From assembly GCA_041661275.1 (NCBI GenBank), contig JBAZUU010000002.1, positions 137,148 to 201,147 on the forward strand: a DNA stretch of 64,000 nt. The letters are read 5' to 3'. The stretch comes from Parcubacteria group bacterium (GTDB taxonomy: Bacteria > Patescibacteriota > Minisyncoccia > Moranbacterales > UBA2206). Shown piece by piece: positions 18,261 through 27,170 of the stretch; position 1 is the first letter of the stretch, and every line of letters begins with the position of its first letter. Both the position numbers and the translations under genes were made by a program. The notes under the pieces were generated by a model. That model worked only from the letters and a program-made list of their open reading frames with translations. It was not told the DNA's origin and searched no databases.

Positions 18261-18363
18261 GGGTCAAGTACCTTTGGTTTTGTAATTAATTACTTGCATA
18301 TACGAAAGACCAAAAAGTTATCCACAGACGGATGACCATTTTAACCGGTTGGTTAAAATGGTC
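18261..18363. repeat. Island gene-terminal motif, copy 3, with DnaA-box-like TTATCCACA (18318-18326) and perfect palindrome GACCATTTTAACC-GGTT-GGTTAAAATGGTC (18334-18363)
   Basis: GGGTCAAGTACCTTTGG..TAATTAATTACTTGCA..ACCAAAAAGTTATCCACAGACGGATGACCATTTTA. Confidence 0.6.
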
Positions 18364-18435
18364 TGACAGGTTTGTTTTTAGGCGGAAAATGTGCTAAAAA
18401 TAATATATAGCGAACGTTAATTTTCCAGGACTTTT

Positions 18436-19602
18436 ATGAAAGTTTTATTTTTTAATTACGAATATCCGCCACTTGGCGGGGGAGCGGCTTATGCTTCACA
18501 GAATATTTTGAGAGAATATGCCAAACTCACTGATGTTGAAGTGGATTTTGTGACGTCGTCACTGGACAATCAATATCACCTGGAAAAAATGGGCGAAAAT
18601 ATCAGAGTCCATCGGCTTCCCATCGGCAAGAATAAAAATAATCTGACATATCAATCGCAAAAAGATCTCCTGGTCTATGCCTGGAAGTCCTATTTTTTTT
18701 CCAAAAAACTGATCAGCGAGGCTAATAAGAATAAAAAACCATATAATCTGACCCATTCCTTTTTTTCCGTCCCTTGCGGATTTGTTTCTATGATACTAAA
18801 GAAAAAATATAGATTGCCTTACATTGTTTCTCTTCGCGGATCCGATGTTCCGGGCTATTCGGAAAGGTTTTCTTTCATCTACTGTTTTTTGAAACCTCTG
18901 ATAATTCGTATTTGGAAAAAAGCCGGAGCAGTTGTGGCTAACAGTTCGATGCTTCGCGATCTGGCTTTGAAAAGTAATAACCAACAAAAGGTTGATGTTA
19001 TCTATAATGGGATAAATATTGAACATTTTAGGCCTGGAGCTATTTCAAGAGAAAATAAAAATTTCACTATTCTTTGCGCTTCCCGTCTTTCTAGAAGAAA
19101 GGGGTTTGATTATGTTATTGACGCCTTCAATAAAATTCACGAAAAATATCCAGAAGCACGCTTGGTGATTGCCGGTGGGGAGGGGAATGCCGAAGAAGAA
19201 TTAAAAAACCAGACGAAAGAATTAAAATTAGAAAATAAAATAACTTTTACCGGTTTTGTGACACCTAACACCCAATTTTTGAAATATTACAATGCCGCTG
19301 ATGTTTTTGTCCTGCCGTCGCTCAATGAAGGAATGAGCAACAATATGCTGGAAGCGATGGCCAGCGGCCTCCCGATAATTATGACGCCGACCGGCGGGGC
19401 GGAAGAGCTGATAAAAGACGGCGTCAATGGGTGTATCGTCAGATTCAAAGATAGCGCGGACATTGCGGAAAAATTGGAAAAGTTGATAAACAATCCAGAA
19501 CTTTGCAAAAAAATGGGCATTGAAAGCCGTAAGATCGCTGAAAAAATGAGTTGGAAAAGCGTGGCGGAGAAATATTATGAATTATATAAAAACATAGCAT
19601 GA
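18436..19602 (+). CDS. GT4 glycosyltransferase
   Basis: C-terminal EGMSNNMLEAMASGLPII..GG..E (E-x7-E) motif. Confidence 0.85.
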   Translation: MKVLFFNYEYPPLGGGAAYASQNILREYAKLTDVEVDFVTSSLDNQYHLEKMGENIRVHRLPIGKNKNNLTYQSQKDLLVYAWKSYFFSKKLISEANKNKKPYNLTHSFFSVPCGFVSMILKKKYRLPYIVSLRGSDVPGYSERFSFIYCFLKPLIIRIWKKAGAVVANSSMLRDLALKSNNQQKVDVIYNGINIEHFRPGAISRENKNFTILCASRLSRRKGFDYVIDAFNKIHEKYPEARLVIAGGEGNAEEELKNQTKELKLENKITFTGFVTPNTQFLKYYNAADVFVLPSLNEGMSNNMLEAMASGLPIIMTPTGGAEELIKDGVNGCIVRFKDSADIAEKLEKLINNPELCKKMGIESRKIAEKMSWKSVAEKYYELYKNIA

Positions 19603-20528
19603 GTAAAAAAGCAATAAAAATAATTCTAAAAATAACTGTCAGTCTTTTTTTTGTGATTCTCGTTGTCTACAAAACCAATTGGCCGGAGGTGCTTTTTTAT
19701 CTCAAAAAAATACAACTCTGGCAGATCTTTCTTTATATTTTAGTTTACGTTATTAGCATCGCTATCTCATCATATAAGTGGAAAATACTTTCCGAATTTA
19801 AAAATATCAGACATTCTTTCAACACTTATTTTAAGCTCTATCTGACCGGAACATTTATCAATAATTTCATGCCGTCTTTTGTGGCAGGGGATGCCTATAA
19901 AGCCTATGAAATTGCGAAACCCCATAATCGTTATATGGAAGCGTCATCCACTGTTATCATGGACAGAATAACCGGACTCATCGGCGCGATGGTTCTGGCT
20001 CTGGTTTTTTCGGCCATAAATTACAAAACGCTCCTGGCCAATGACCTTTTGATGTTTATCGATGCCCTGATTGTCCTTTCTCTTTGTACGGATGTAATTA
20101 TCGCCAAGTTGAAAACAATTCCGGCTATGCGAAATTTTGTGATGCGGATCTTACCGGAAAAAGCGGTTGATTTTTTGCAGCAAATATACAACTATAGCAA
20201 CAACACTGCCATAATAAAAAAGGCCGTCCTTTGGGGGATGGCGTTCTCTATTATCGGAGTGGCGTTTTTGAATTACATTCTTTTTTGGGGACTGGGAATC
20301 GACGTCAATTTTTTTGATTACATGTCGGTCATTTTTATTATCAGTATTGTTTCCGCTCTGCCCATTACGGTCAATAATATCGGACTCAAGGAATGGGCAT
20401 ATATCACCTTTTTTGGAATTTTTGGTATCAGCTCCGGCGCGGTGGTAGCCATTTCGGTCATTAGTCGTTTTTTGCAGATGGCGATCAGTTTCACGGCATT
20501 ACCGGCATATTTACGGAGTCGAAAATAA
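19599..20528 (+). CDS. Flippase-like / lysylphosphatidylglycerol-synthase-TM-like (UPF0104) membrane protein
   Basis: About eight TM helices; FMPSFVAGDAYKAYE segment typical of the family; 4-nt overlap with the upstream GT4. Confidence 0.65.
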   Translation: MSKKAIKIILKITVSLFFVILVVYKTNWPEVLFYLKKIQLWQIFLYILVYVISIAISSYKWKILSEFKNIRHSFNTYFKLYLTGTFINNFMPSFVAGDAYKAYEIAKPHNRYMEASSTVIMDRITGLIGAMVLALVFSAINYKTLLANDLLMFIDALIVLSLCTDVIIAKLKTIPAMRNFVMRILPEKAVDFLQQIYNYSNNTAIIKKAVLWGMAFSIIGVAFLNYILFWGLGIDVNFFDYMSVIFIISIVSALPITVNNIGLKEWAYITFFGIFGISSGAVVAISVISRFLQMAISFTALPAYLRSRK

Positions 20529-22292
20529 TTTATTCCAGGTAAGAAGTTGTGAGATTTGAAATTCCTCGATGGGAATTTTTTTATCTTCCGGGTCTTGTCT
20601 TTGGGCGGTGATGATTTCATTTTTCGGTTTCAGATAAAAAGCAGTCAGGATGCCAAAATTCTTTTCTTGAATTATATCGTAAGTCGCAAGTATACTGCTA
20701 AGGCCTTTTTTGCCATTTAGGACGGATTCTTGTTCTATGTAAAAATAATTTCCCTGGTCATAAGCTTTGTCGGCGGAAAAGATGTCATAATAATCAATAC
20801 CTCTTTTTTCCAGATAATACCAATAAACCGGCTCATACTCATGGGTTGTCCTTATGCATATCGGATAACCGTTTGCTTTGTATTTTGATTCGATATAGTC
20901 GACGATAGGCAATTGCTGGCTCAGGGTGACGCGGGTATTGTCCGGAAAAATGTCTTCCGTTTGAGCTCTGAATGTTTCGTTTTGAGCTCGGGAAAGTTGG
21001 TTAAAACTGTCTTTTATTCTCGATATGTTGGAATAAGACAAGACTGCGACAATAATGACGGGAATGACAAAGGTTAATTTTTTTCGGGGAAAATACAATT
21101 TTTCCAGCAAGAAACCGAAAAAGATTATGGCCAGAGGCGCGACCGGCAGGAAAAAACGCGGGTAGACATAGAGTCCGTCATAAAGAACCAGAAAGTAACA
21201 GGCGAATGAAAAAATTATCCACAGAAGGATAAGTAGGAGGAGATCTCTGCGTCTCTGGTCGCGTTCTGTTTTTAGGTTAAGTAACAGGATAAAAAAAGAA
21301 GCAATGAAAAGGACAAAGGGCAAAAAAGTTACAGCTAACTTTTTCTGGCAGGATTTGCACAAAATCCCCCAGGAACTTCCGGTGAGATGCGAGCCGTTTA
21401 TGTTGTCAATGCCGCTGTTGATCAAAAAATAGTTACCGACATTATAGCGAATATCCTGGACAACTTTTTCCCATGATTTTTTGTCTTTTGATTCTGTTTT
21501 TTCCGTTTCATTGCCGGAATGGAAGGGCAGTCTTTCCAAAAAATAGCTCAAATTTTGTCCTCCGGTTTTTACATCGCTGATGACGACAGGAGAATAAACC
21601 GCTAAAAATATTGCTATCGCCGCAAGCCATATTTTCCACCGGAAACGCGGGCGCTTGATAAGGAGGAAGAAAAAAGTGACAGCGGGGACTATAAAAAAGG
21701 CGTTAAAATGAATTTGTGAAGTAAGGGCGACAAAAAAAGCGGCCAAAAGAAACCAATATTCTTTTTTTTCTTCTTTTTCCGAAACGCTTTTCAAAAGCGC
21801 GTAAAAGCAAAAAAGAACCAAAAAAGGCAGAACATCGGGACTCCAGGAAAAGCGGGAATATAAAACGAGGTACGAGGAAAAAGAAAAGATGGCCAAAAGC
21901 GCCAGAGATAAATTTTTCGAAAAATATCTCCGGCAGAAAAAATAAAAAAGTGGCATGGCCAGAATTCCCAAAATCAACACTTGGGCGGCGTGCCCGGCCG
22001 GAGTGTTGCCAAAAATGAGGGCGCTCAAATATTCCATATAGTAGAAAGCCGGACCGAGGCGCAAGGATCTTCCGCCGCCGGCTGTTGGTCCCAAAAGCGG
22101 CAAATTTCCCGGACCGTTTTGGACGGCATTGGAAACGATATTGATGTCATAAGTCTGATCAATCTCAAAATGGAGCCAGTCACTGAAATGGTATGAACGC
22201 AAAAAAATCCCTGTTAAAAAAATAACAAGGAAGATGGCCAATGTCAGTTTGTTTTGTTTGGCTTTTTCAAATGAAGATCGAAAAAATTTCAT
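20511..22292 (-). CDS. GT-C fold glycosyltransferase, PMT/ArnT-like (GT39/GT83-type), paralog 1
   Basis: N-terminal block IFLRSYHFSDWLHFEIDQ..NLPLLGP..LRLGPAFYY shared with three paralogs; polytopic. Confidence 0.8.
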   Translation of the reverse strand: MKFFRSSFEKAKQNKLTLAIFLVIFLTGIFLRSYHFSDWLHFEIDQTYDINIVSNAVQNGPGNLPLLGPTAGGGRSLRLGPAFYYMEYLSALIFGNTPAGHAAQVLILGILAMPLFYFFCRRYFSKNLSLALLAIFSFSSYLVLYSRFSWSPDVLPFLVLFCFYALLKSVSEKEEKKEYWFLLAAFFVALTSQIHFNAFFIVPAVTFFFLLIKRPRFRWKIWLAAIAIFLAVYSPVVISDVKTGGQNLSYFLERLPFHSGNETEKTESKDKKSWEKVVQDIRYNVGNYFLINSGIDNINGSHLTGSSWGILCKSCQKKLAVTFLPFVLFIASFFILLLNLKTERDQRRRDLLLLILLWIIFSFACYFLVLYDGLYVYPRFFLPVAPLAIIFFGFLLEKLYFPRKKLTFVIPVIIVAVLSYSNISRIKDSFNQLSRAQNETFRAQTEDIFPDNTRVTLSQQLPIVDYIESKYKANGYPICIRTTHEYEPVYWYYLEKRGIDYYDIFSADKAYDQGNYFYIEQESVLNGKKGLSSILATYDIIQEKNFGILTAFYLKPKNEIITAQRQDPEDKKIPIEEFQISQLLTWNKLFSTP

Positions 22293-22999
22293 AGGCGTTC
22301 AAGAGCTTCATATTCAGGGGCTAGTTCCGGGTGGAAGATGACTTCTACTTCAGAGTTATCTTGAGTATTTTGAAGGCAGGAGTCCAGGTTATGACTCCAG
22401 TCAAAACTGATCATATAATCAGAAGTAACTACGGAAGATTTTTTCATCTGTCCAAAATCCAATTTTTTCAACAAATTCAAAATGGCGCAGACCTTATTTT
22501 TATGACTGTATGGTTTTTTTCCGAAACGTATATAGCTTATGCCATATTTTTTAGAGAGCTTCAGAAATCTCCGAAAATAGGGCGGGAAAAAATGGATATG
22601 CTCATGCGAACTGGCGCCGTCAGGAAATTTTCCGAACAGATTTTTAAAATCCATAATTTGCCGTTCCCATTCCTGTTCAACGATGGCCGGACGGTTGTGG
22701 CCGAAAAAGAAGTTGTAGAGAAAAAGAAAGATCCTTTTTATCGCGCCTTTTTCGATAACTCGAGGGTTATTTTGCCAAAAATCAAGCTTGTCCTTGGCCA
22801 AGTGGAAATGGATATCGAGCTTCACGCCTGAGGCGAGAAGGCGTGAGGCGTGCTCCGGTGAGATATTTTTGCTGACCATTATTTCTACCCGATCGAGCTT
22901 TCCGCTTTCTGCCAACGTCAAAATATTGGCATTGGCTCTCTGGCTGATGCCAAAATCATCCGCAGAAACGATTATCATTTTTCCGCCCAGTTTTATCAT
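22289..22999 (-). CDS. ChbG/HpnK (YdjC) family carbohydrate deacetylase
   Basis: MIIVSADDFGISQRANANIL N-terminal signature; His-rich metal site. Confidence 0.7.
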   Translation of the reverse strand: MIKLGGKMIIVSADDFGISQRANANILTLAESGKLDRVEIMVSKNISPEHASRLLASGVKLDIHFHLAKDKLDFWQNNPRVIEKGAIKRIFLFLYNFFFGHNRPAIVEQEWERQIMDFKNLFGKFPDGASSHEHIHFFPPYFRRFLKLSKKYGISYIRFGKKPYSHKNKVCAILNLLKKLDFGQMKKSSVVTSDYMISFDWSHNLDSCLQNTQDNSEVEVIFHPELAPEYEALERL

Positions 23000-23058
23000 A
23001 ATTTAATTGTAATATATAAATCGAAATAAGGAAAATTAAAAATTTTCAATAGTCAGAC

Positions 23059-24735
23059 TTACAAAGAAGCATTACAAGTCTCGTCTTCTCCCGGCTGGCC
23101 CCCGGGATTTTTCGCTTCCGCGTCTATCACCAGAAGATTTCCGGTTTTTTTCTGGTCGCGGATAAAAAATTGCTCCTCAAGATCTTTTGGCATTTTCTGA
23201 TTGACACTCAATCGATAGACCAGAAAATAATCCAGTTTTCCGGAGGGGTGGAAAGCGCTGGTCTTGACGTAGCAGGCGGGGATATTCTCCTGATAACGGA
23301 GAAGATAGAAAATGGCTCGAGCGAAAGAATTGTCAGCCGCGATTCTTACCATATCGTCCGATCGTCTGTGTTTTTTGATGTATTCAACCGTGTTTTCCAG
23401 CTGTTCCAGGGTTATTTTTTTGTCATTAAAAAATTCTCTCCCGACAGTATTTTCCACCTCGCCTTTGGCCATAGCCGTGTGCTCTTTGAAATAAATGGAA
23501 TCACTCCTTAAATTAAATAGCATGACGGCGACGGACAAGAGGATTATGACTATTTTTCCGTGTTTTCCAGCAAAACATTCTATTTTTTTCAAGGTCATTC
23601 CCAAAAAAACAAGAAGAGGAGCTACGGCCGGCAGATAATAGCGCGGGCTCATGTTATAAATAATCGGTATGGAAATTGCAAACATCGATCCCAGCCACAA
23701 CCAAGCCGAGAAAATATATTTTTTTCTGTCCCGGTCGCGCTCGCGGCGAAAAAAATAAAAACTGGACCAGAGGCCAAAAACAAAAAGAAGAGTTTGCAGA
23801 AAAAGAAAGGGCAGGTCTTGCCGACATTGCCGGTCGCAAACCGGAAGAAATTTTTTCGATAGCGCTACCGAGCTTCCGTGCTCGTCAGAAGTTATCATTT
23901 GCCAGCTGATTATCTCCAGTTTTTGGAAAGCATAAAAAGATTTGTCAACTACATTATGTTTGCTTTCGCCCGACATTCCTCTTTCAAAAGTATTTTTGAT
24001 AAGCAGTTTGGTGTTATTGGCGTTATTTTCCATTTCACTGATGATCATAGGTGAATAGACAGCTAAAACAATCAGCAGTCCCGCTATATAATTTTTTATC
24101 TTTAATCTCGGTCTCCAGGCAATGATGTAAATCAATATCAAAACAGGCGCCATAAAAAAATAAACGTAATGAAGCTGGGTGGCGATAGAGGCGCTGAAAA
24201 TTGCCGCATAAAACCAGCCTGGACGGACAGTGTCTTTCCAGTCGGCCTTCAGAAGCCCGAAAAGCGTCAGGAGCGTAAAAAAGGGCAGAGGATTGGGATT
24301 GGAGGCAAACCGTCCATAGATGACCAAAAAAAGCGAAACGGCGGTGATGGCCGAAAGAGCCAAGGAAATATTTTTAGAAAAATAAAGACGCAAAAAATAA
24401 TACAGGAGAGGGACAAAAAGGATAGAAAAGAGCCAGTCAGGCATGGCGAAAATTTCCGGGCGGGTTCCCAGAAAAAAAGCGGGAACGGCCTGGAGATAAT
24501 AGTATGCCGGACCCAATTGCAAAGTACTGCCGCTGGTATGCGGTCCGAGAAGCGGAATTTTCGAGAGTCCATCGCGGACAAAATCACCGACAATAATAGC
24601 GTCTCGGGATTGATCCAAATGAAAGCCTAAAAATGGCACAAAATGATACGACCGCAAAAAAATTGCCAGAAGAACTATAGTTGTCAGGATTAGATATTCA
24701 GTTCTGACGAGTTTTTTGATATTTGCAAATAGCAT
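23059..24735 (-). CDS. GT-C fold glycosyltransferase, PMT/ArnT-like, paralog 2
   Basis: IFLRSYHF..HLDQSRDA..IPLLGP..LQLGPAYYY block; polytopic. Confidence 0.8.
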   Translation of the reverse strand: MLFANIKKLVRTEYLILTTIVLLAIFLRSYHFVPFLGFHLDQSRDAIIVGDFVRDGLSKIPLLGPHTSGSTLQLGPAYYYLQAVPAFFLGTRPEIFAMPDWLFSILFVPLLYYFLRLYFSKNISLALSAITAVSLFLVIYGRFASNPNPLPFFTLLTLFGLLKADWKDTVRPGWFYAAIFSASIATQLHYVYFFMAPVLILIYIIAWRPRLKIKNYIAGLLIVLAVYSPMIISEMENNANNTKLLIKNTFERGMSGESKHNVVDKSFYAFQKLEIISWQMITSDEHGSSVALSKKFLPVCDRQCRQDLPFLFLQTLLFVFGLWSSFYFFRRERDRDRKKYIFSAWLWLGSMFAISIPIIYNMSPRYYLPAVAPLLVFLGMTLKKIECFAGKHGKIVIILLSVAVMLFNLRSDSIYFKEHTAMAKGEVENTVGREFFNDKKITLEQLENTVEYIKKHRRSDDMVRIAADNSFARAIFYLLRYQENIPACYVKTSAFHPSGKLDYFLVYRLSVNQKMPKDLEEQFFIRDQKKTGNLLVIDAEAKNPGGQPGEDETCNASL

Positions 24736-24737
24736 TT

Positions 24738-25523
24738 CTAATTCAAGATTAGATTCATAAAATATTTTGGATACGCGTCTCCGGAAACGGAAGGCAGGAT
24801 GTAATAATGCACCCCATTATACTCTTTGTCCCAAAGCCGGCTGTGGAGATGTCCCATAAAAACATATTTTACGTTGCCGGAGGAAGAAATGACTTTTTCC
24901 ACTTCGGTATATTGCGGAAGAAGCGTATTTTCATCGCGACTGGGAGAAAAGAAGGGAACGTGAGTGGCAATCAGTACTTTTTTGTTTGTTTTTAATGCCT
25001 CTTTGAGCCAGCTGAGTTCGCCTTGATCAATATCAATATCATGATCCAACATTATGATTCGCCAGCCGGCATTATTGTAGTCATGATAATAATAAGCTTG
25101 ACTGGAAAATGCCGGGAAACAATCCTTGTCGTGATTACCCTTTCCCCACAGGACGTTAAATTTGGATAAAAGAGTTTTCAAGTTGTCGGCGTATGGTTGG
25201 CATTTGGCATTATCATTGACATTATCCCCTAAAGTTATTATCAAATCCGGTCTTGAATCCAGGAGTGGTTTCAGGTTATTTTTGTATGCGCCGGGATGAA
25301 CCACGGCATCCTCATTGCTGATTTCATTATGTCCGTTTTTTCCCGATCCGGCATGAATGTCGGTAACAATATCCACATTGAGTGTTTTTTTATTTTCAAT
25401 ATTGGGCTTTGCCAGCCAAATCAATTCATAATACAAAAAACTGACAGCTACCAACAAAACAGCGGAAATAATTATTCTTTCCTTCTTTTTTGAAAGAATG
25501 ATAAATTTCAACTTTTTAATCAT
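24738..25523 (-). CDS. Membrane-anchored calcineurin-like metallophosphoesterase
   Basis: VTDIHAG, GDNVND, GNHD and GHLH motifs; N-terminal TM helix. Confidence 0.8.
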   Translation of the reverse strand: MIKKLKFIILSKKKERIIISAVLLVAVSFLYYELIWLAKPNIENKKTLNVDIVTDIHAGSGKNGHNEISNEDAVVHPGAYKNNLKPLLDSRPDLIITLGDNVNDNAKCQPYADNLKTLLSKFNVLWGKGNHDKDCFPAFSSQAYYYHDYNNAGWRIIMLDHDIDIDQGELSWLKEALKTNKKVLIATHVPFFSPSRDENTLLPQYTEVEKVISSSGNVKYVFMGHLHSRLWDKEYNGVHYYILPSVSGDAYPKYFMNLILN

Positions 25524-25535
25524 AAATTTAATCCG

Positions 25536-27170
25536 TTAATTTTTTAGGATTAGGACGGTTAGTCCGGTAAATTTTTTTCCAGTGATTATTTCGCGATCCC
25601 AGACTTTTTGGCCGACCGGAATTTCGCCCGACTCATTTTCCCTGAGGTAAAAAACCGGACTTTCCGGAGGAACTTCATCCAGACCGTCATATTTTAGAAG
25701 GTCGGTTCCGATGCCGCGTTTTTTGGTAAAATAATTGACCGGACGGAAAAATCTTTCAGCGAGGCCATTTTGGCCGCCAAGATATGCTTTTGGGAATATG
25801 CCGGACATATTGGCCAATTCATATTGATAGATATGTTCTACTTCAGAAAGGGTGCTATTTTTGGAATTATTTTCCAATCCGGCCATATAGTTTTGAGCTG
25901 TTTTTGCGTCTCTGGCAAGACAAAGGATAATAAGAGTGACAACGACGGCCGCGGCCAAACCTTTTCCCCATAGACCGAATATTTTTTCCGTCTCCAAAAT
26001 TACAAGTCCCAAAAGCACCAGAGGAACCATATAGAGATTGATAAAATAACCGACAAATATAATCTTAGCGATAGGAATCAGTATCACGAAAGATAGGAAA
26101 TTAAAAAGAATAATGATTCCCAAAAAGCGCTTTTTTTTGATTTCTTTTTCCCGAAAAAAATATCTGAATAACAAATAATAGCCGATGACGGAGAAAATGA
26201 CGCTTAAGGTTATGCCGAAATAATATTTATAATTTTCCGCGCTTGTGCCTTGCGGGTCACGAAAAATAATATTGCACGGGTCGTCCGAACTAAAAGCGGA
26301 GATAGTGTGCGAATTGGCCTGGATCTGGCAGGCAAAGATGTGAAAAGTGTCCCTCCCGAGATGGCTGCCGGAACCGGAGCTGGAAGTGAAGCCTTTTAAA
26401 AAATATTGCGTGTTTTTCCAATGGGAATCAAATTCTGACATTATCTGCGTAGTGTTGAGGACGAGAGTGGCGGCCAGAATAACCAGGGAAATCTTCCAGA
26501 TGTCGGGCGTTTTTTTCCGCCAAAGATAGAAAAAAATCACCAAAGACATCGGCGGCAAAACGATGAGCAAGGTAGTATGAAGCTGGACGCAAATCCCCGT
26601 GCCGATTCCGATCAAGATGCCCCAAAAGTAGGCCATTTTTCCGCTTGAATCCATCAATTTTAGCAGAGAATATAAATAGACAAGAATAAAAAAAGGAATA
26701 AGGTTGGGATTAGATGAGAAGCGAGCGTTTATTATCATAAAATAAGAAACACTCATAATGGCAGTGAGCGCAAGTGACACATTTTTTCCAAAATACTCTC
26801 GCAAAAAGAAAAAGAGAAGCGGGATGGCCAGGATAGAAAAAAAGACGCTCGGGTAGGCCATCTTGTCCGGATAATTGCCGAATATTTCTTCTGATATATA
26901 GGAAAACTGATAATATACCGGGCCGAGCCTGAATCTGGTGACGCCGGCATTGGGTCCCAGGTACGGCAAATGGTCATTCTTGTTTTCCAGGGCATTGCTG
27001 ATGAGTGACGCGTCTCTCACTTGATCGCGGCTGAACCGCAACCAGTCGTGGAAGTTATAAGTTCTGAGAAATATTCCTGCCAGAACGATAAGAGACAAAA
27101 TGATGACGGTTTTTTTGTTTTTTTTTAATGTGTCATAAAAGATATGCATTGTTTTGTTTTGAAATACCAT
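25536..27170 (-). CDS. GT-C fold glycosyltransferase, PMT/ArnT-like, paralog 3
   Basis: IFLRTYNFHDWLRFSRDQVRDA..LPYLGP..FRLGPVYYQ block. Confidence 0.8.
   Translation of the reverse strand: MVFQNKTMHIFYDTLKKNKKTVIILSLIVLAGIFLRTYNFHDWLRFSRDQVRDASLISNALENKNDHLPYLGPNAGVTRFRLGPVYYQFSYISEEIFGNYPDKMAYPSVFFSILAIPLLFFFLREYFGKNVSLALTAIMSVSYFMIINARFSSNPNLIPFFILVYLYSLLKLMDSSGKMAYFWGILIGIGTGICVQLHTTLLIVLPPMSLVIFFYLWRKKTPDIWKISLVILAATLVLNTTQIMSEFDSHWKNTQYFLKGFTSSSGSGSHLGRDTFHIFACQIQANSHTISAFSSDDPCNIIFRDPQGTSAENYKYYFGITLSVIFSVIGYYLLFRYFFREKEIKKKRFLGIIILFNFLSFVILIPIAKIIFVGYFINLYMVPLVLLGLVILETEKIFGLWGKGLAAAVVVTLIILCLARDAKTAQNYMAGLENNSKNSTLSEVEHIYQYELANMSGIFPKAYLGGQNGLAERFFRPVNYFTKKRGIGTDLLKYDGLDEVPPESPVFYLRENESGEIPVGQKVWDREIITGKKFTGLTVLILKN

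Noticed and set aside
8772-18326. Replication origin (oriC) suggested by perfect DnaA boxes
   Set aside because: The boxes are dispersed over ~10 kb, all in one orientation, not clustered with an AT-rich unwinding element, and there is no dnaA/dnaN in the window. Kept only as a regulatory/repeat observation.
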